A stretch of DNA of 27,104 nt from Polyangia bacterium (lineage in GTDB: Bacteria > Myxococcota_A > Polyangia > JAAYKL01), in assembly GCA_050287845.1 (NCBI GenBank), contig JBNKCR010000053.1, positions 1 through 27,104 on the forward strand, in the 5' to 3' direction. The notes below the pieces were generated by a model. It did not search any database, was not told the origin of the DNA, and worked only from the letters and a program-made list of their open reading frames with translations. Shown here piece by piece: positions 1-9,490 of the stretch. The stretch's first letter is position 1; each line of letters opens with the position of its first letter. Position numbers and translations under genes: made by a program.

Positions 1-367
1 AAAATATAAACACCGGTCAGAATAACGCGGTTATTTCAACCAAAATCCAAACAATTGTTTCGGTGAACCAGCTGATTTCGTCCTCTTTTCCGGTCAGAAT
101 AATTGCTTATGAAGCGGTCAGAATAATCTTGTAAACAACAATTATCTGTGCAAAAAATTGCAGTCTATCCCGCCACAGAATCGTTTGTGGCACACATGAC
201 ACATTAACAACAAAACACGAAATATGTCTTAAACACATAAAATTAATCAAAAAATAAAGCCGCAGCGAGTCATGGAACATAAGTTGCTCTACCGATTGTA
301 CCAAAACACGGGACAATCCGGCACAATCTGGCCCGTCCCCGAAAACAATGGAAAGAGGAAAAATGCG

Positions 368-2683
368 ATGAAAACAAGGATAGACAATACGTTTAGAGTG
401 AGTATAGCCGTTTTTCTTACCGTCACCGTGATTTCATGCGCCCAGGACGGTCCAACACAAAACGATGACACAGCGGGTGGCGAGAACGAAAATGTCACGC
501 CCTGCAGTTATGGCGAAATGGACTGTGATGATAATGATATTCTGATGCGATGTGACAGTGGTGTGTGGAAGGAATGGGACGACTGTGCACTCCAGGGACT
601 GAAGTGTAGTGTGGTTCAGGGCGTATATCGATGCGTTGAACCATTCAGCGGGGGCGATGGTGACACGGATGCGGATACGGACTCTTTTGACGGCGATACA
701 GAACAATATGTCGACACGGGAGTCCCGGATACCAGCGCCGATACTGAAACCGGGTGGGAAGATTCGGAGGTTCCGATTGACAGTGACACCACATGGGGTG
801 AAAACGTGGATCACTCCGCCTGCGAAGACTGTGTCCTCAACTCCGGCGCGCTCTGTGCCTGCAACACCGATCAATGCGACGACGGCACCCACTGCGCCGT
901 GCTGAACAGGAGCGATCGCACCGGGCAGTGCCTGAAAACCTGCACCACTGACGCGGACTGCACATCCAGCGCAACTGCCTGCGCCGCCACATCGGAATGC
1001 AAACAAATCAACGATTTCCAGAAGGTTTGCGTACTCACCTGTCGCTCAACCACCGATTGTCCCGCCGATATGGAATGTGACAACTCGTTCAGCGCCGGCA
1101 TTTGCTATCCTGCACCAGGGGGAACATCTGATGCCGACACAGACACAGACTCAGACTCAGATACTGATGCCGACACTGACGCAGATACAGATACAGATAC
1201 AGACACCGATACCGATACAGATACAGATACAGACACCGATACCGATACAGATACCGATACAGATACAGACACCGATACCGATACCGATACAGACACCGAT
1301 TCCGAGACGGCAAACGATTCAGACAGCAATGCCGCTGCCTGCGACCCCAATGCGCAATATACGTATTACATGTCTGCGGATGACTCCAATTCCATGGCAT
1401 CCCCGGTCATTGCCCGCTGGCAGATTCAAAACGGCCGTTTGCCGAATATGGAAATCCGCACGTATGAGTTCTTGAATTACTACGATTTTGATTATCCTGA
1501 AGCCACCGCCGGAAATCTCGTGGTCTCGCCTCAGATGATGTTCGACGCCGAAAACAGCAACTATCTCATGCAAATCGGCATCCAGTCCGAAAAGGTGGAC
1601 AACGTCTCCCGCAGACCACTGAACCTGGTGTTCTCGGTGGACACCTCCGGTTCCATGTCGGGCACGCCCATCTCACTGCTCAGGGAGTCATGCTGGGCAA
1701 TGGTGCAGAATGTTCGCCCGGGCGATTATGTCTCGATGGTGGCGTGGAACACCTCAAATGCGGTTCTGCTTGAAGCCCACGAAGTGGCATTTGCCACGCC
1801 ATTCCACGACTACGACATGGCGGTATCCATTAACAATCTCAGCGCCAGTGGTGGCACCGATTTACACAGCGGTCTGGTCACCGCTTACAATTTGGCCAAA
1901 CGCTCATTTGACGCCACACGCATCAACCGGGTGATCCTTATCAGCGACGGTGGCGCGAATGTGGGGGTGACAGATATTGATTTGATTGCCGAGAATGCAG
2001 AAGATGGCAACAGTGAAGCCATCTACATGGCCGGTGTGGGAATAAGCAACAGCAACAGCTACAACGAAAAACTGATGAACGATATTACAGACGCGGGTAA
2101 AGGCGCCTATATGTTTGTGGATACTATCGATGAAGTGCACCGTCAGTTTAGCGCACCTTCCAAATTCCTGGCCAATATGGAAGTCTCTGCCAGAGATGTC
2201 CAGGGATTTATCACTCCGCCACCGGGCTGGTACGTGGAGGAGTTCCATGGCGAGGATATTTCCACCAATGCCGCTGAAGTGGATCCCCAGCATCTCGGCC
2301 CCAACGACGCGATGGTCTTTCACCAGGTTCTCGAAACCTGCGGTGGGGCCGGCGCATCAGGAAGCGAGGAATTCGTTGTTGGCGCCACCTGGGAAGATCC
2401 ATTTACGCGGGTATCCAAACAGACAGAGGTCACGGTGGATTTAAATACCCTGCTGACCCAGCACAACCTTGAACTCATCAAGGGCAACGCAATTGTCGCC
2501 TATGCTGAAACCCTGAAGTGGATTCAGGAACACCAGTACAGCAATGACACATCCCGTTCTGAAACCCTGACTGTCATTGAAGCTGCGCTGTCAACAGTGA
2601 CCCACGCCCTCGAAGCCCTTCCCGGCGACAACGACTTGCTGGAAGTCCAGTCACTGCTGAAAACCGTCCAGGGCCGCATCTAA
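368..2683 (+). CDS. vWA domain-containing lipoprotein (Cys-rich modules, Asp-Thr linker, YfbK-like vWF/vWA C-terminal region)
   Basis: ORF 272..2683. Preferred ATG 368 follows GAAAGAGGA and gives a signal peptide with lipobox VISC. Two Cys-rich modules, then (DT)n linker, IRTYEFLNYYDFDYP, MIDAS motif DTSGSMS, GGTDL and RVILISDGGANVG. Confidence 0.85.
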   Translation: MKTRIDNTFRVSIAVFLTVTVISCAQDGPTQNDDTAGGENENVTPCSYGEMDCDDNDILMRCDSGVWKEWDDCALQGLKCSVVQGVYRCVEPFSGGDGDTDADTDSFDGDTEQYVDTGVPDTSADTETGWEDSEVPIDSDTTWGENVDHSACEDCVLNSGALCACNTDQCDDGTHCAVLNRSDRTGQCLKTCTTDADCTSSATACAATSECKQINDFQKVCVLTCRSTTDCPADMECDNSFSAGICYPAPGGTSDADTDTDSDSDTDADTDADTDTDTDTDTDTDTDTDTDTDTDTDTDTDTDTDTDTDTDSETANDSDSNAAACDPNAQYTYYMSADDSNSMASPVIARWQIQNGRLPNMEIRTYEFLNYYDFDYPEATAGNLVVSPQMMFDAENSNYLMQIGIQSEKVDNVSRRPLNLVFSVDTSGSMSGTPISLLRESCWAMVQNVRPGDYVSMVAWNTSNAVLLEAHEVAFATPFHDYDMAVSINNLSASGGTDLHSGLVTAYNLAKRSFDATRINRVILISDGGANVGVTDIDLIAENAEDGNSEAIYMAGVGISNSNSYNEKLMNDITDAGKGAYMFVDTIDEVHRQFSAPSKFLANMEVSARDVQGFITPPPGWYVEEFHGEDISTNAAEVDPQHLGPNDAMVFHQVLETCGGAGASGSEEFVVGATWEDPFTRVSKQTEVTVDLNTLLTQHNLELIKGNAIVAYAETLKWIQEHQYSNDTSRSETLTVIEAALSTVTHALEALPGDNDLLEVQSLLKTVQGRI
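1130..1303 (+). repeat. 6-nt-period coding tandem repeat encoding a (DT/DS/DA)n acidic linker
   Basis: GATACA/GACACC/GATACC units in frame within the vWA lipoprotein. Confidence 0.95.
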
Positions 2684-3119
2684 TCCCCAGTGAACGCACA
2701 GGTTCTATTTACCCCCAAATCAACACAGGTACCACATCTTGCGCCAACCGGTGTTTCACCTCGAAGATGTGTTCAAGACCCAACATACTGTTGATTCGCC
2801 ACCCCCAAAAAAACGAGTCCTTAGTACGGCTTCCCATATTGAAGATTAAAAGTGCGAGCCAACAACGCAACCCACAGAAGCCTGTTTTTGATTTGCCGCG
2901 CGTTTTCTGCATTTGTTCTTTCTCAGGCTTTTGGGGAACTACCGCGGAATTAACGCCGCCAATTTTTTCCATAAGCGCCATTGGTGACAGAATCAGATGT
3001 GTAGTGCCATCTGACCGGGCCGTTGAACCAACAACTATGGGATTGGGTAGACCAACTGAAAATAAATGGCAAGTAGGAGGGTCAGACCGAAAGCGCCGAT
3101 TAAGACCAAAAAAAATAAT

Positions 3120-3139
3120 GGGGACACTCACCTTTAAAA
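3120..3139 (+). repeat. 20-bp direct repeat GGGGACACTCACCTTTAAAA, copy 1
   Basis: Identical copies at 5814..5833 and 5897..5916; one-mismatch copy at 5780..5799. Confidence 0.9.
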
Positions 3140-3448
3140 ATTTCATCATGATACTTTTCGTTATCCTGCATCCATCCTGTTTGGAGGAACTGAGAAGCTG
3201 GCCATATTAATGACACAGTAGTCCCAAGGTTTTATTTGCTGATTATGTGCAACTGCAAAGTGGCCATTCGCATGAATGTCGAAAATGTGCGCTGAATTTT
3301 GAAAATCTGAAAATTGCGCCAAAGTTCATCTGCGAGCGATGGCGGAGGGTTATCAACATCCCCGTTGTTCCGGTTATTTCCGTCCCTTACCTTCGCCATC
3401 CCATCCGTCCTTTGTCCCGTCCGACAACCGCAATCCGCTCACCTCAGC

Positions 3449-4438
3449 TCAGCTCAATCCGCGCTGCTCTCGCAGCATGGTCATCTCGCCGCGTCCGGTC
3501 TGCAGCACATTTTTACGACGCAGATACACTCCCCGGGTTCGGAGGTCCTGCAGATATGTGTCCACAAAATCCCGGCTACCGAGAACCAGCCCGTCCACAA
3601 AATGGCGAAAGCGTTTGCGGTAGGCGCCCGGCGCTTCAAATCCCCGGGATTCTTCAAGCGCTATAATGTAATTCGAAATTTCCCGCTGCCCTTCTTTGCT
3701 CCGCACATTCCCCCGATAATACACCGCCGCGCGGTAGTCTTTGAACGCCTCCCGCTGTGTCTTCGCCGGCATCAACTCCTTCAGCGGAATCATCCAGTGG
3801 TCATCCGCCACCTCACGGAAATACAGCGACGCCCCTTCGTATTCCTCGGGACGTTCCACCATCCCCGCCCGCACCGGATTCAGCTCCACATACAAAAGAC
3901 AGTCGATCATTGCCTTCTGATCTTCCAGCAGCGTGCTCTTGAACCGGTCGCCCCAGAACCGCCCCTTCCGATCATGTATCCCATTATACCACCGGGCAAA
4001 CGCCGCCTGAAAATTGCGCATGAACTCCGACACATCAAAAATCCGCTGATTGAACTGCTGCCATTTCTCCTGCGTCCACGCATCCAGTTTCTGCTTTTCC
4101 TTTTTGTACAGCTTCAAAGCCAGCCTGTAGAGTTCATCCCGACTCATCTCCCGATACTCCGAAAACTCCGCCACCAGGTGATAATGATTGCCCATGATAC
4201 AGAACCCCGCCACCCGCATCTGATACACGGACTGATAGAACTTCAGCAGCGAGAGCATCCGATACCGCGCATCCTTCGTCTGCAAAGGATACTCCCCTTC
4301 CTTCTCGGAAAATGACTCCGAGCGATTGGGTTCGGGGTTGCCAACTCGCGCTGTTTCGTTTCCAGCTGTTTTCGAAGAGCAGCGATCTCTCTTTGAAGTT
4401 GCTGGATTTGTTGGTCTTTGTTCATGATTAACAAACAT
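3449..4438 (-). mobile_element. RAYT / IS200-like Y1 HUH tyrosine transposase, probably 5'-truncated or chimeric
   Basis: HUH motif in GFCIMGNHYHLV; RKGRFWGDRFKS; YVELNPVRAG (catalytic Tyr region). The first ~45 aa do not resemble a RAYT N-terminus (no 'YH' strand), so the family-like part starts near 4305. Confidence 0.85.
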
Positions 4439-4553
4439 ATTGGATTTGGGCTATTTGCGCTACAGTCATGGGCGTGTTGCACTGGATTTTTGGAATGTGA
4501 GCTGATTCCGGCAACTGAAAATTCTGAGCAAATGGGGCTGACCCCAGAAATGG

Positions 4554-5300
4554 CTATCTGCTCAACGGTTCAACGACATGGCGGTATACCCAATCGGGTA
4601 CGGCTTCCTGTTTGTAGTCAACGTCCACACCGTCCGTGATTTCACACATCCACATCGATTCATCACCGGAGTTGTCAAATATGTAAGCTCTGTTCGTTTC
4701 GGCTATTGCCGATGGCAACAGGTCCAAAGAGCGGTCGTATCTGCTTACAATTTTGTCTTCGGGCACGCTGTGACCACCTGATGCGACCCGTTGTCTGACT
4801 CTTGTGACATTGATTGCGGCATCGTCGGTTGCGATATAGTACAGATATGTGCGGTACCCAAATTTCTTTGCCGCCCGCAGAAGTTTGATTTTGTCAGGGG
4901 AACTCATAACGGTTTCGAAAGTGAATGAAACACGTTTTTTCAACAGTTCCCGTCGTATAAAATCCGCACACACAGAAGCAAAATAGGCGTTTACCGACAC
5001 GGCGTAAAAACTGAGTTTGTCATCTGAAAATGAGAGGCTGTCACTTTCGTCCTGTAGTTCAGCCTTTTCCAGAAGTGTTGAATTGGCAAAAAAGGTCAGT
5101 ATGTTTTCGGCTGTTGTATCAACCCCATATTCTCGTAAATCCAGAAAATTAAACTGTTTGATTTCCCTTTCGATGTCGTCCGGGTTGATATAAACGCCGA
5201 GCAAATCTTCAGAAATCACAGATTTCAAAGTGCTTTTGCCGCTCCCGTTGGGACCGGCAAACATTCGCAATCGTGGGATTCTATACTCGTAGTCAGTCAT
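4554..5300 (-). CDS. Zeta-toxin-like / COG4185-type P-loop ATPase or kinase
   Basis: MFAGPNGSGKST Walker A, YINPDDI, SFTFETVMS, RVRQRVASGGHSVPEDKIVSRY, FDNS. Start overlaps the 3' end of the upstream ORF. Confidence 0.85.
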   Translation of the reverse strand: MTDYEYRIPRLRMFAGPNGSGKSTLKSVISEDLLGVYINPDDIEREIKQFNFLDLREYGVDTTAENILTFFANSTLLEKAELQDESDSLSFSDDKLSFYAVSVNAYFASVCADFIRRELLKKRVSFTFETVMSSPDKIKLLRAAKKFGYRTYLYYIATDDAAINVTRVRQRVASGGHSVPEDKIVSRYDRSLDLLPSAIAETNRAYIFDNSGDESMWMCEITDGVDVDYKQEAVPDWVYRHVVEPLSR

Positions 5301-5517
5301 TTTTGGAAATGCTGTTTGGGGGAATCTTTACCATTGGTTTTGCGTCGCCGATAATTGTTCTGGTACCGTCTGGTGCGGTTTCTACAATTTTACCATCAAC
5401 GATTTCAGTGACCGTGTTGCCGCGACACAACGCATCCAGGTAGGCCTTTTTGGTGGCGCTTGCTGCAAGCGTTGGAATGAACTCTTCGAGGTAGTCAATT
5501 TCTTTATCTGATCTCAT
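5293..5517 (-). CDS. 74-aa protein, putative antitoxin or partner of the Zeta-like ATPase
   Basis: ATG 5517 (MRSDKEIDYLEE...) follows an AGGAG RBS and overlaps the downstream start by 8 nt. The A..A...AL..G..V....DG.IV...PDG pattern is typical of small ORFs beside this ATPase family. Confidence 0.7.
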   Translation of the reverse strand: MRSDKEIDYLEEFIPTLAASATKKAYLDALCRGNTVTEIVDGKIVETAPDGTRTIIGDAKPMVKIPPNSISKND

Positions 5518-5779
5518 TTTAATGAAAGCTCCTGTTAAAAAATTGAAATCGGCTTCCTGTCCCCATCCTCCAACGCACGACGGCCGCTCCATTATACAAT
5601 GTACACCTGCCCTGAAAATAACGCCAGCTGCAAGAACGAAAGCCGTGTGTCCATGACAGCATTTTTGAAAAAGCCATTGACTATGAGCTGGTACAAAAGA
5701 ATCCGGTAAACAAGAAAAGCTGGATGCGGGAGGAGAGTACACCAGAGGACAACGATAACTGGTGGCGTCCTGACATTAA

Positions 5780-5916
5780 GGGGACACACACCTTTAAAAC
5801 TATCTTTAAAAATGGGGACACTCACCTTTAAAACTTCGATACATTTTCAAAGCACCAGCATAAAAAGTTGCTCCACGACGACTATCAACACATAAAGGGG
5901 ACACTCACCTTTAAAA
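5780..5916 (+). repeat. Three further copies of the 20-bp repeat GGGGACACWCACCTTTAAAA (5780..5799, 5814..5833, 5897..5916)
   Basis: Read directly; gaps between copies are 14 and 63 nt. Confidence 0.9.
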
Positions 5917-6080
5917 TTCCCGCGCTGCACGATGCGCCTCTGGTGGAGGAAAAAAAAGATGACCCAATCTGAGCCCATGGATCATGCATTGGGACGTTCG
6001 CGTGGGGGATACTCTACGAAATTGCATATCCTGTGTGATGTAGATGGCCACCCATTATGTTTTCATTTTGGATGCTTTTG

Positions 6081-6299
6081 GCCCTGAAAGGGCATGCGCA
6101 TAATAGCTCCGGGCAACGCCCGGGGGACGGATGATGATTTATGAAAATAGCCCTGTAAGGGCGCCACATCCGTCGACGGGCTTTAAAGGCGACTATTGTA
6201 GCCCCGAATGTAACTCCCTTTGCAGGGCTGAATATATTTATCAATTCACCGAAACCCCGGGCGATGCCCGGGGCTGATATGCCTGGGCCCCTTCGGGGC
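6081..6299. repeat. REPIN/MITE-like nested palindromic element
   Basis: Left arm GCCCTGAAAGGGC...CCGGGCAACGCCCGG...AGCCCTGTAAGGG is mirrored by right arm CCCTTTGCAGGGCT...CCCCGGGCGATGCCCGGGG...GCCCCTTCGGGGC. Confidence 0.8.
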
Positions 6300-6844
6300 G
6301 GCTTATACCAAAAGAACTTTTGAGACAAAGTTCTAGGATTGTTTTTCGCGTACCGTGGTAAACACTACCTCGCGGTCGAGCGCACAGGCTATTTTGTCGT
6401 CGCACAACGAATCCCATCCTTTAAGCGGTTTGAGCCGCAACAATATTTCATTGCAGGCAATGGCAATCAAATTGGCCCGCTGGCCGGTGGCCTTTACCAT
6501 ATGCGCTACCAGTGCATATGATGACATTCCGCGGCGGCAACGAATCCGGTGGGACCAGCAGCAACAGTTCCTTACCATCGGTTAATTGGTCTTTTAACGC
6601 ATCTGCCCACTGCCTGTCTTGAGCGGTTCAAACCCACATTGTTTTAACAACCCCGCTCAAAATATGCTTCGGATTCGGCATGGGTGCTGTCGAGCGGGTA
6701 CACATGCAGCACTTTATTGGGCCCATAAGTGGCTTCGGCCTCCCTGCGCAGGGGCACAGCAGACTTACGGGCTGTCGATGGTTGCCTGCTTTTTTCTCAG
6801 CCTGCGATTGCTGTTTCCCCTTTAAAACGGTATAGGATTACCGG

Positions 6845-9316
6845 ATGCTACTTCGAAACAGTTCAAAACCGGCCCTTATTCATCACGATGTACAGTTTTC
6901 TTTCAGCGATGTCATCGCCTCAATCCACATCCTGGCCCAACGGATTCCGCAGGGCGCCACAAAGGTGGCCATTCTCTGCGAAAACAGGCCCGAGTGGATA
7001 TACGCGCTTTACGCCATATGGGTTAAAAGGTGCGTGGCGGTTCCGATAGATGCGCTGAGTACAGCCGAAGAAATTGCCTATATTCTGAAAGACTGCAAAC
7101 CGGAGGTGCTTTTTGTTTCGAGCGACCTTGCGGCCAGGGCAAAAGAAGCTCTCTCCCTGTGCGAGCATCCTCCCGGACTGCAGAGCCTCAACGACCAACC
7201 GCAAAACGCGACGGCCGCGGGTGACAATCCCGGAGAAGACATTTCGGTCCATGACAAAAACGCAACCGCGTTGATTATCTATACATCCGGCACCACCGGA
7301 TCCCCCAAGGGCGTCATGCTCTCGTTTGCCAATCTGGCCTTTATGGTGGAAGCAGTCACCGGTAATATATACCAGAGTTCCGACCGGGTCATGGCCCTGC
7401 TCCCCCTGCACCATATATACGCACTCCTTGGAACCATACTCATTCCCCTGGGAATCGGAGCCACCACCGTTTTCTGTCCATCACTGTTGCCACGGGATAT
7501 TCTACACACACTGAAGACAGCTCGAATCACAATCATCATTGGCGTTCCCCGCCTCTATGAAACAATCATCAGGGGAATCCGCGCAGAGATCAATCAGTCC
7601 GCCGTTGCACGCATGTTTTTTTCTTTTGCGAAAAAACAGAAGTCTCCGGCAGTTTCAAAACTGCTATTCGGCAGCGTGCACCGAAAATTCGGAGGGAAGG
7701 TCAAGTACCTCATCAGTGGTGGTGCCGCGCTCGATGCCAACATCGCTTCAGATTTTCAGACCATGGGATTCGAAATTCTGGAAGGGTACGGAATGACCGA
7801 AACTTCCCCCATGATTTCATTCAGCCACCCGGGAAAAGCAAGGCCGGGAAGTGCCGGTTTCGTGCTGCCCGGTGTCGCGGTGCAGGTGATGGATGGAGAG
7901 ATCTGCGTACAGGGACCGAACGTCATGCAGGGGTACTACAACCGCCCCGAAGAGACCAACGATGTCATAGTGGATGGATGGCTGCATACCGGCGATCTGG
8001 GCCACGTGGACGAGACGGGATATCTTTATATCACCGGACGTCGCAAAGAGATCATCGTCCTGTCCAATGGCAAAAACATCAACCCCGAAGAGATGGAGAG
8101 AGCCTTTCTCGACACCAATCCGCTTTTCACCGACATGGGAATATACACAGGAAACGACCGCCTGCGGGCAATTCTCACCGGCACCGCTCAGATTCACAAA
8201 GGTTCGACATTCGTTTCGCCAGACGCCCTGTGCAAAGCGGCAATTGATGATTGGAATAGAAAGTCATCACCATACAAACGACTTTCCGGGTTTACTTTCA
8301 CCGAAAAGGAACTGCCGCGCACCCGCCTTGGAAAATTGAAGCGATTCGATTTGCCAGCCATGGCGACCACCATCGATCGCGTCGGTGAAAGACAGGTGCC
8401 GGACCCCGATTTCGCCGACTATTTCAGAATTAAAGCATTTCTGGAAGCGGAGACGGGAAAACCGGTTTTTGCAGGGGACCACCTGGAGATAGATCTGGCG
8501 CTGGATTCTCTGGCCAAAGTCTCGCTGCAGAGTTTTCTCGGCTTCGCCTTCGGCATTCATCTCTCCTCTGACGAGATAGACAACTTGAGCACCGTATCGG
8601 CCCTGGCCTACCATGTACGGGAGCACAAACAACATACGAACGAAGGAATAACCGACTGGAAGGCCATCATCAACGAACAGGTAGCCGTCTCCCTGCCCCG
8701 TGCCGCACTGACCCTGAAGCTGTTCCACATAATGACCAAAGCGTTTGTCAGATTTCTATTCCGACTTCGAGTAACCGGCGAAACAGAATTGCCCGAAGCG
8801 CCATGCATTCTGGCCCCCAACCATCAAAGCGCCATGGATGGACTGGTCGTTGTCGCGCCACTCTCCACCCGAACCATGTACCGCACCTATTTTCTGGCAA
8901 AGATCAATCACATCCGGAATCCCCTGTTGCGCAGACTGGCAGACACCAACAACGTGATTATCGTGGATGTAAAGAATAATCTGAAAGACTCGATTCAACG
9001 ACTGGCATCGGCTCTGCGCAAAGGGAGCAATGTTATCATTTTTCCAGAAGGCACCCGCAACAGTGACGGCCGTCTGGGATTGTTCAAAAAGACCTACGCC
9101 ATCCTGAGCAGTGAGCTGAACGTGCCTGTTGTTCCAGTGTGCATCAGCGGCTCTGGCAAAGCCCTGCCTTCTAAATCCCTTATTCCGCGATTCTTCTCCC
9201 GCATTTCGGTGGACTACCTCCCGCCCGTTCACCCCGGGCAACGGACCGTGCAGGAAATCAACGACCAGATTCACCGACTGATCGCCGAAAAACTGAACAC
9301 TCCCTCCAATGGGTGA
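6845..9316 (+). CDS. Long-chain fatty acyl-CoA/ACP ligase - acyl carrier domain - PlsC-type acyltransferase fusion (Aas-like)
   Basis: AMP-binding motifs IYTSGTTGSPKG, EGYGMTE, WLHTGDLG, LPRTRLGK; carrier Ser motif LALDSL; acyltransferase NHQSAMD (HX4D) and FPEGTR. Confidence 0.92.
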   Translation: MLLRNSSKPALIHHDVQFSFSDVIASIHILAQRIPQGATKVAILCENRPEWIYALYAIWVKRCVAVPIDALSTAEEIAYILKDCKPEVLFVSSDLAARAKEALSLCEHPPGLQSLNDQPQNATAAGDNPGEDISVHDKNATALIIYTSGTTGSPKGVMLSFANLAFMVEAVTGNIYQSSDRVMALLPLHHIYALLGTILIPLGIGATTVFCPSLLPRDILHTLKTARITIIIGVPRLYETIIRGIRAEINQSAVARMFFSFAKKQKSPAVSKLLFGSVHRKFGGKVKYLISGGAALDANIASDFQTMGFEILEGYGMTETSPMISFSHPGKARPGSAGFVLPGVAVQVMDGEICVQGPNVMQGYYNRPEETNDVIVDGWLHTGDLGHVDETGYLYITGRRKEIIVLSNGKNINPEEMERAFLDTNPLFTDMGIYTGNDRLRAILTGTAQIHKGSTFVSPDALCKAAIDDWNRKSSPYKRLSGFTFTEKELPRTRLGKLKRFDLPAMATTIDRVGERQVPDPDFADYFRIKAFLEAETGKPVFAGDHLEIDLALDSLAKVSLQSFLGFAFGIHLSSDEIDNLSTVSALAYHVREHKQHTNEGITDWKAIINEQVAVSLPRAALTLKLFHIMTKAFVRFLFRLRVTGETELPEAPCILAPNHQSAMDGLVVVAPLSTRTMYRTYFLAKINHIRNPLLRRLADTNNVIIVDVKNNLKDSIQRLASALRKGSNVIIFPEGTRNSDGRLGLFKKTYAILSSELNVPVVPVCISGSGKALPSKSLIPRFFSRISVDYLPPVHPGQRTVQEINDQIHRLIAEKLNTPSNG

Positions 9317-9490
9317 CCCCGAGGCAATGAGTTCTGTTTTTTTCCCTGAGAACGCAGGGCTCCAGCTCCGCAACTTGCCTGGAAGAAGCCGGGAACAGGC
9401 CTCTGGATTCTATTGGTGCTATTTGGTTTTGAATCTGAATGGTGATTATTGTTTTATGGTCTATACATGCTGCAAGGAGCTACTATTGAA

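Noticed and set aside
2709..3210. Overlapping 146/147-aa ORFs on both strands
   Set aside because: No clear RBS or recognisable motifs, and both run through the 20-bp repeat; probably non-coding or decayed.
3314..4315. 333-aa plus-strand ORF
   Set aside because: Antisense shadow of the RAYT gene, with no motifs of its own.
5650..5832. Protein-like open stretch on the plus strand (DSIFEKAIDYELVQKNPVNKKSWMREE...)
   Set aside because: No start or RBS and an in-frame stop just upstream; may be a gene remnant but cannot be assigned.
5780..5916. CRISPR array from the three 20-bp repeats
   Set aside because: Repeats are short, gaps are irregular (14 and 63 nt) and no cas genes are present.
6014..6830. 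Several 60-104-aa ORFs around the palindrome
   Set aside because: Those over the palindrome are typical repeat-derived ORFs; the rest lack RBS and motifs.
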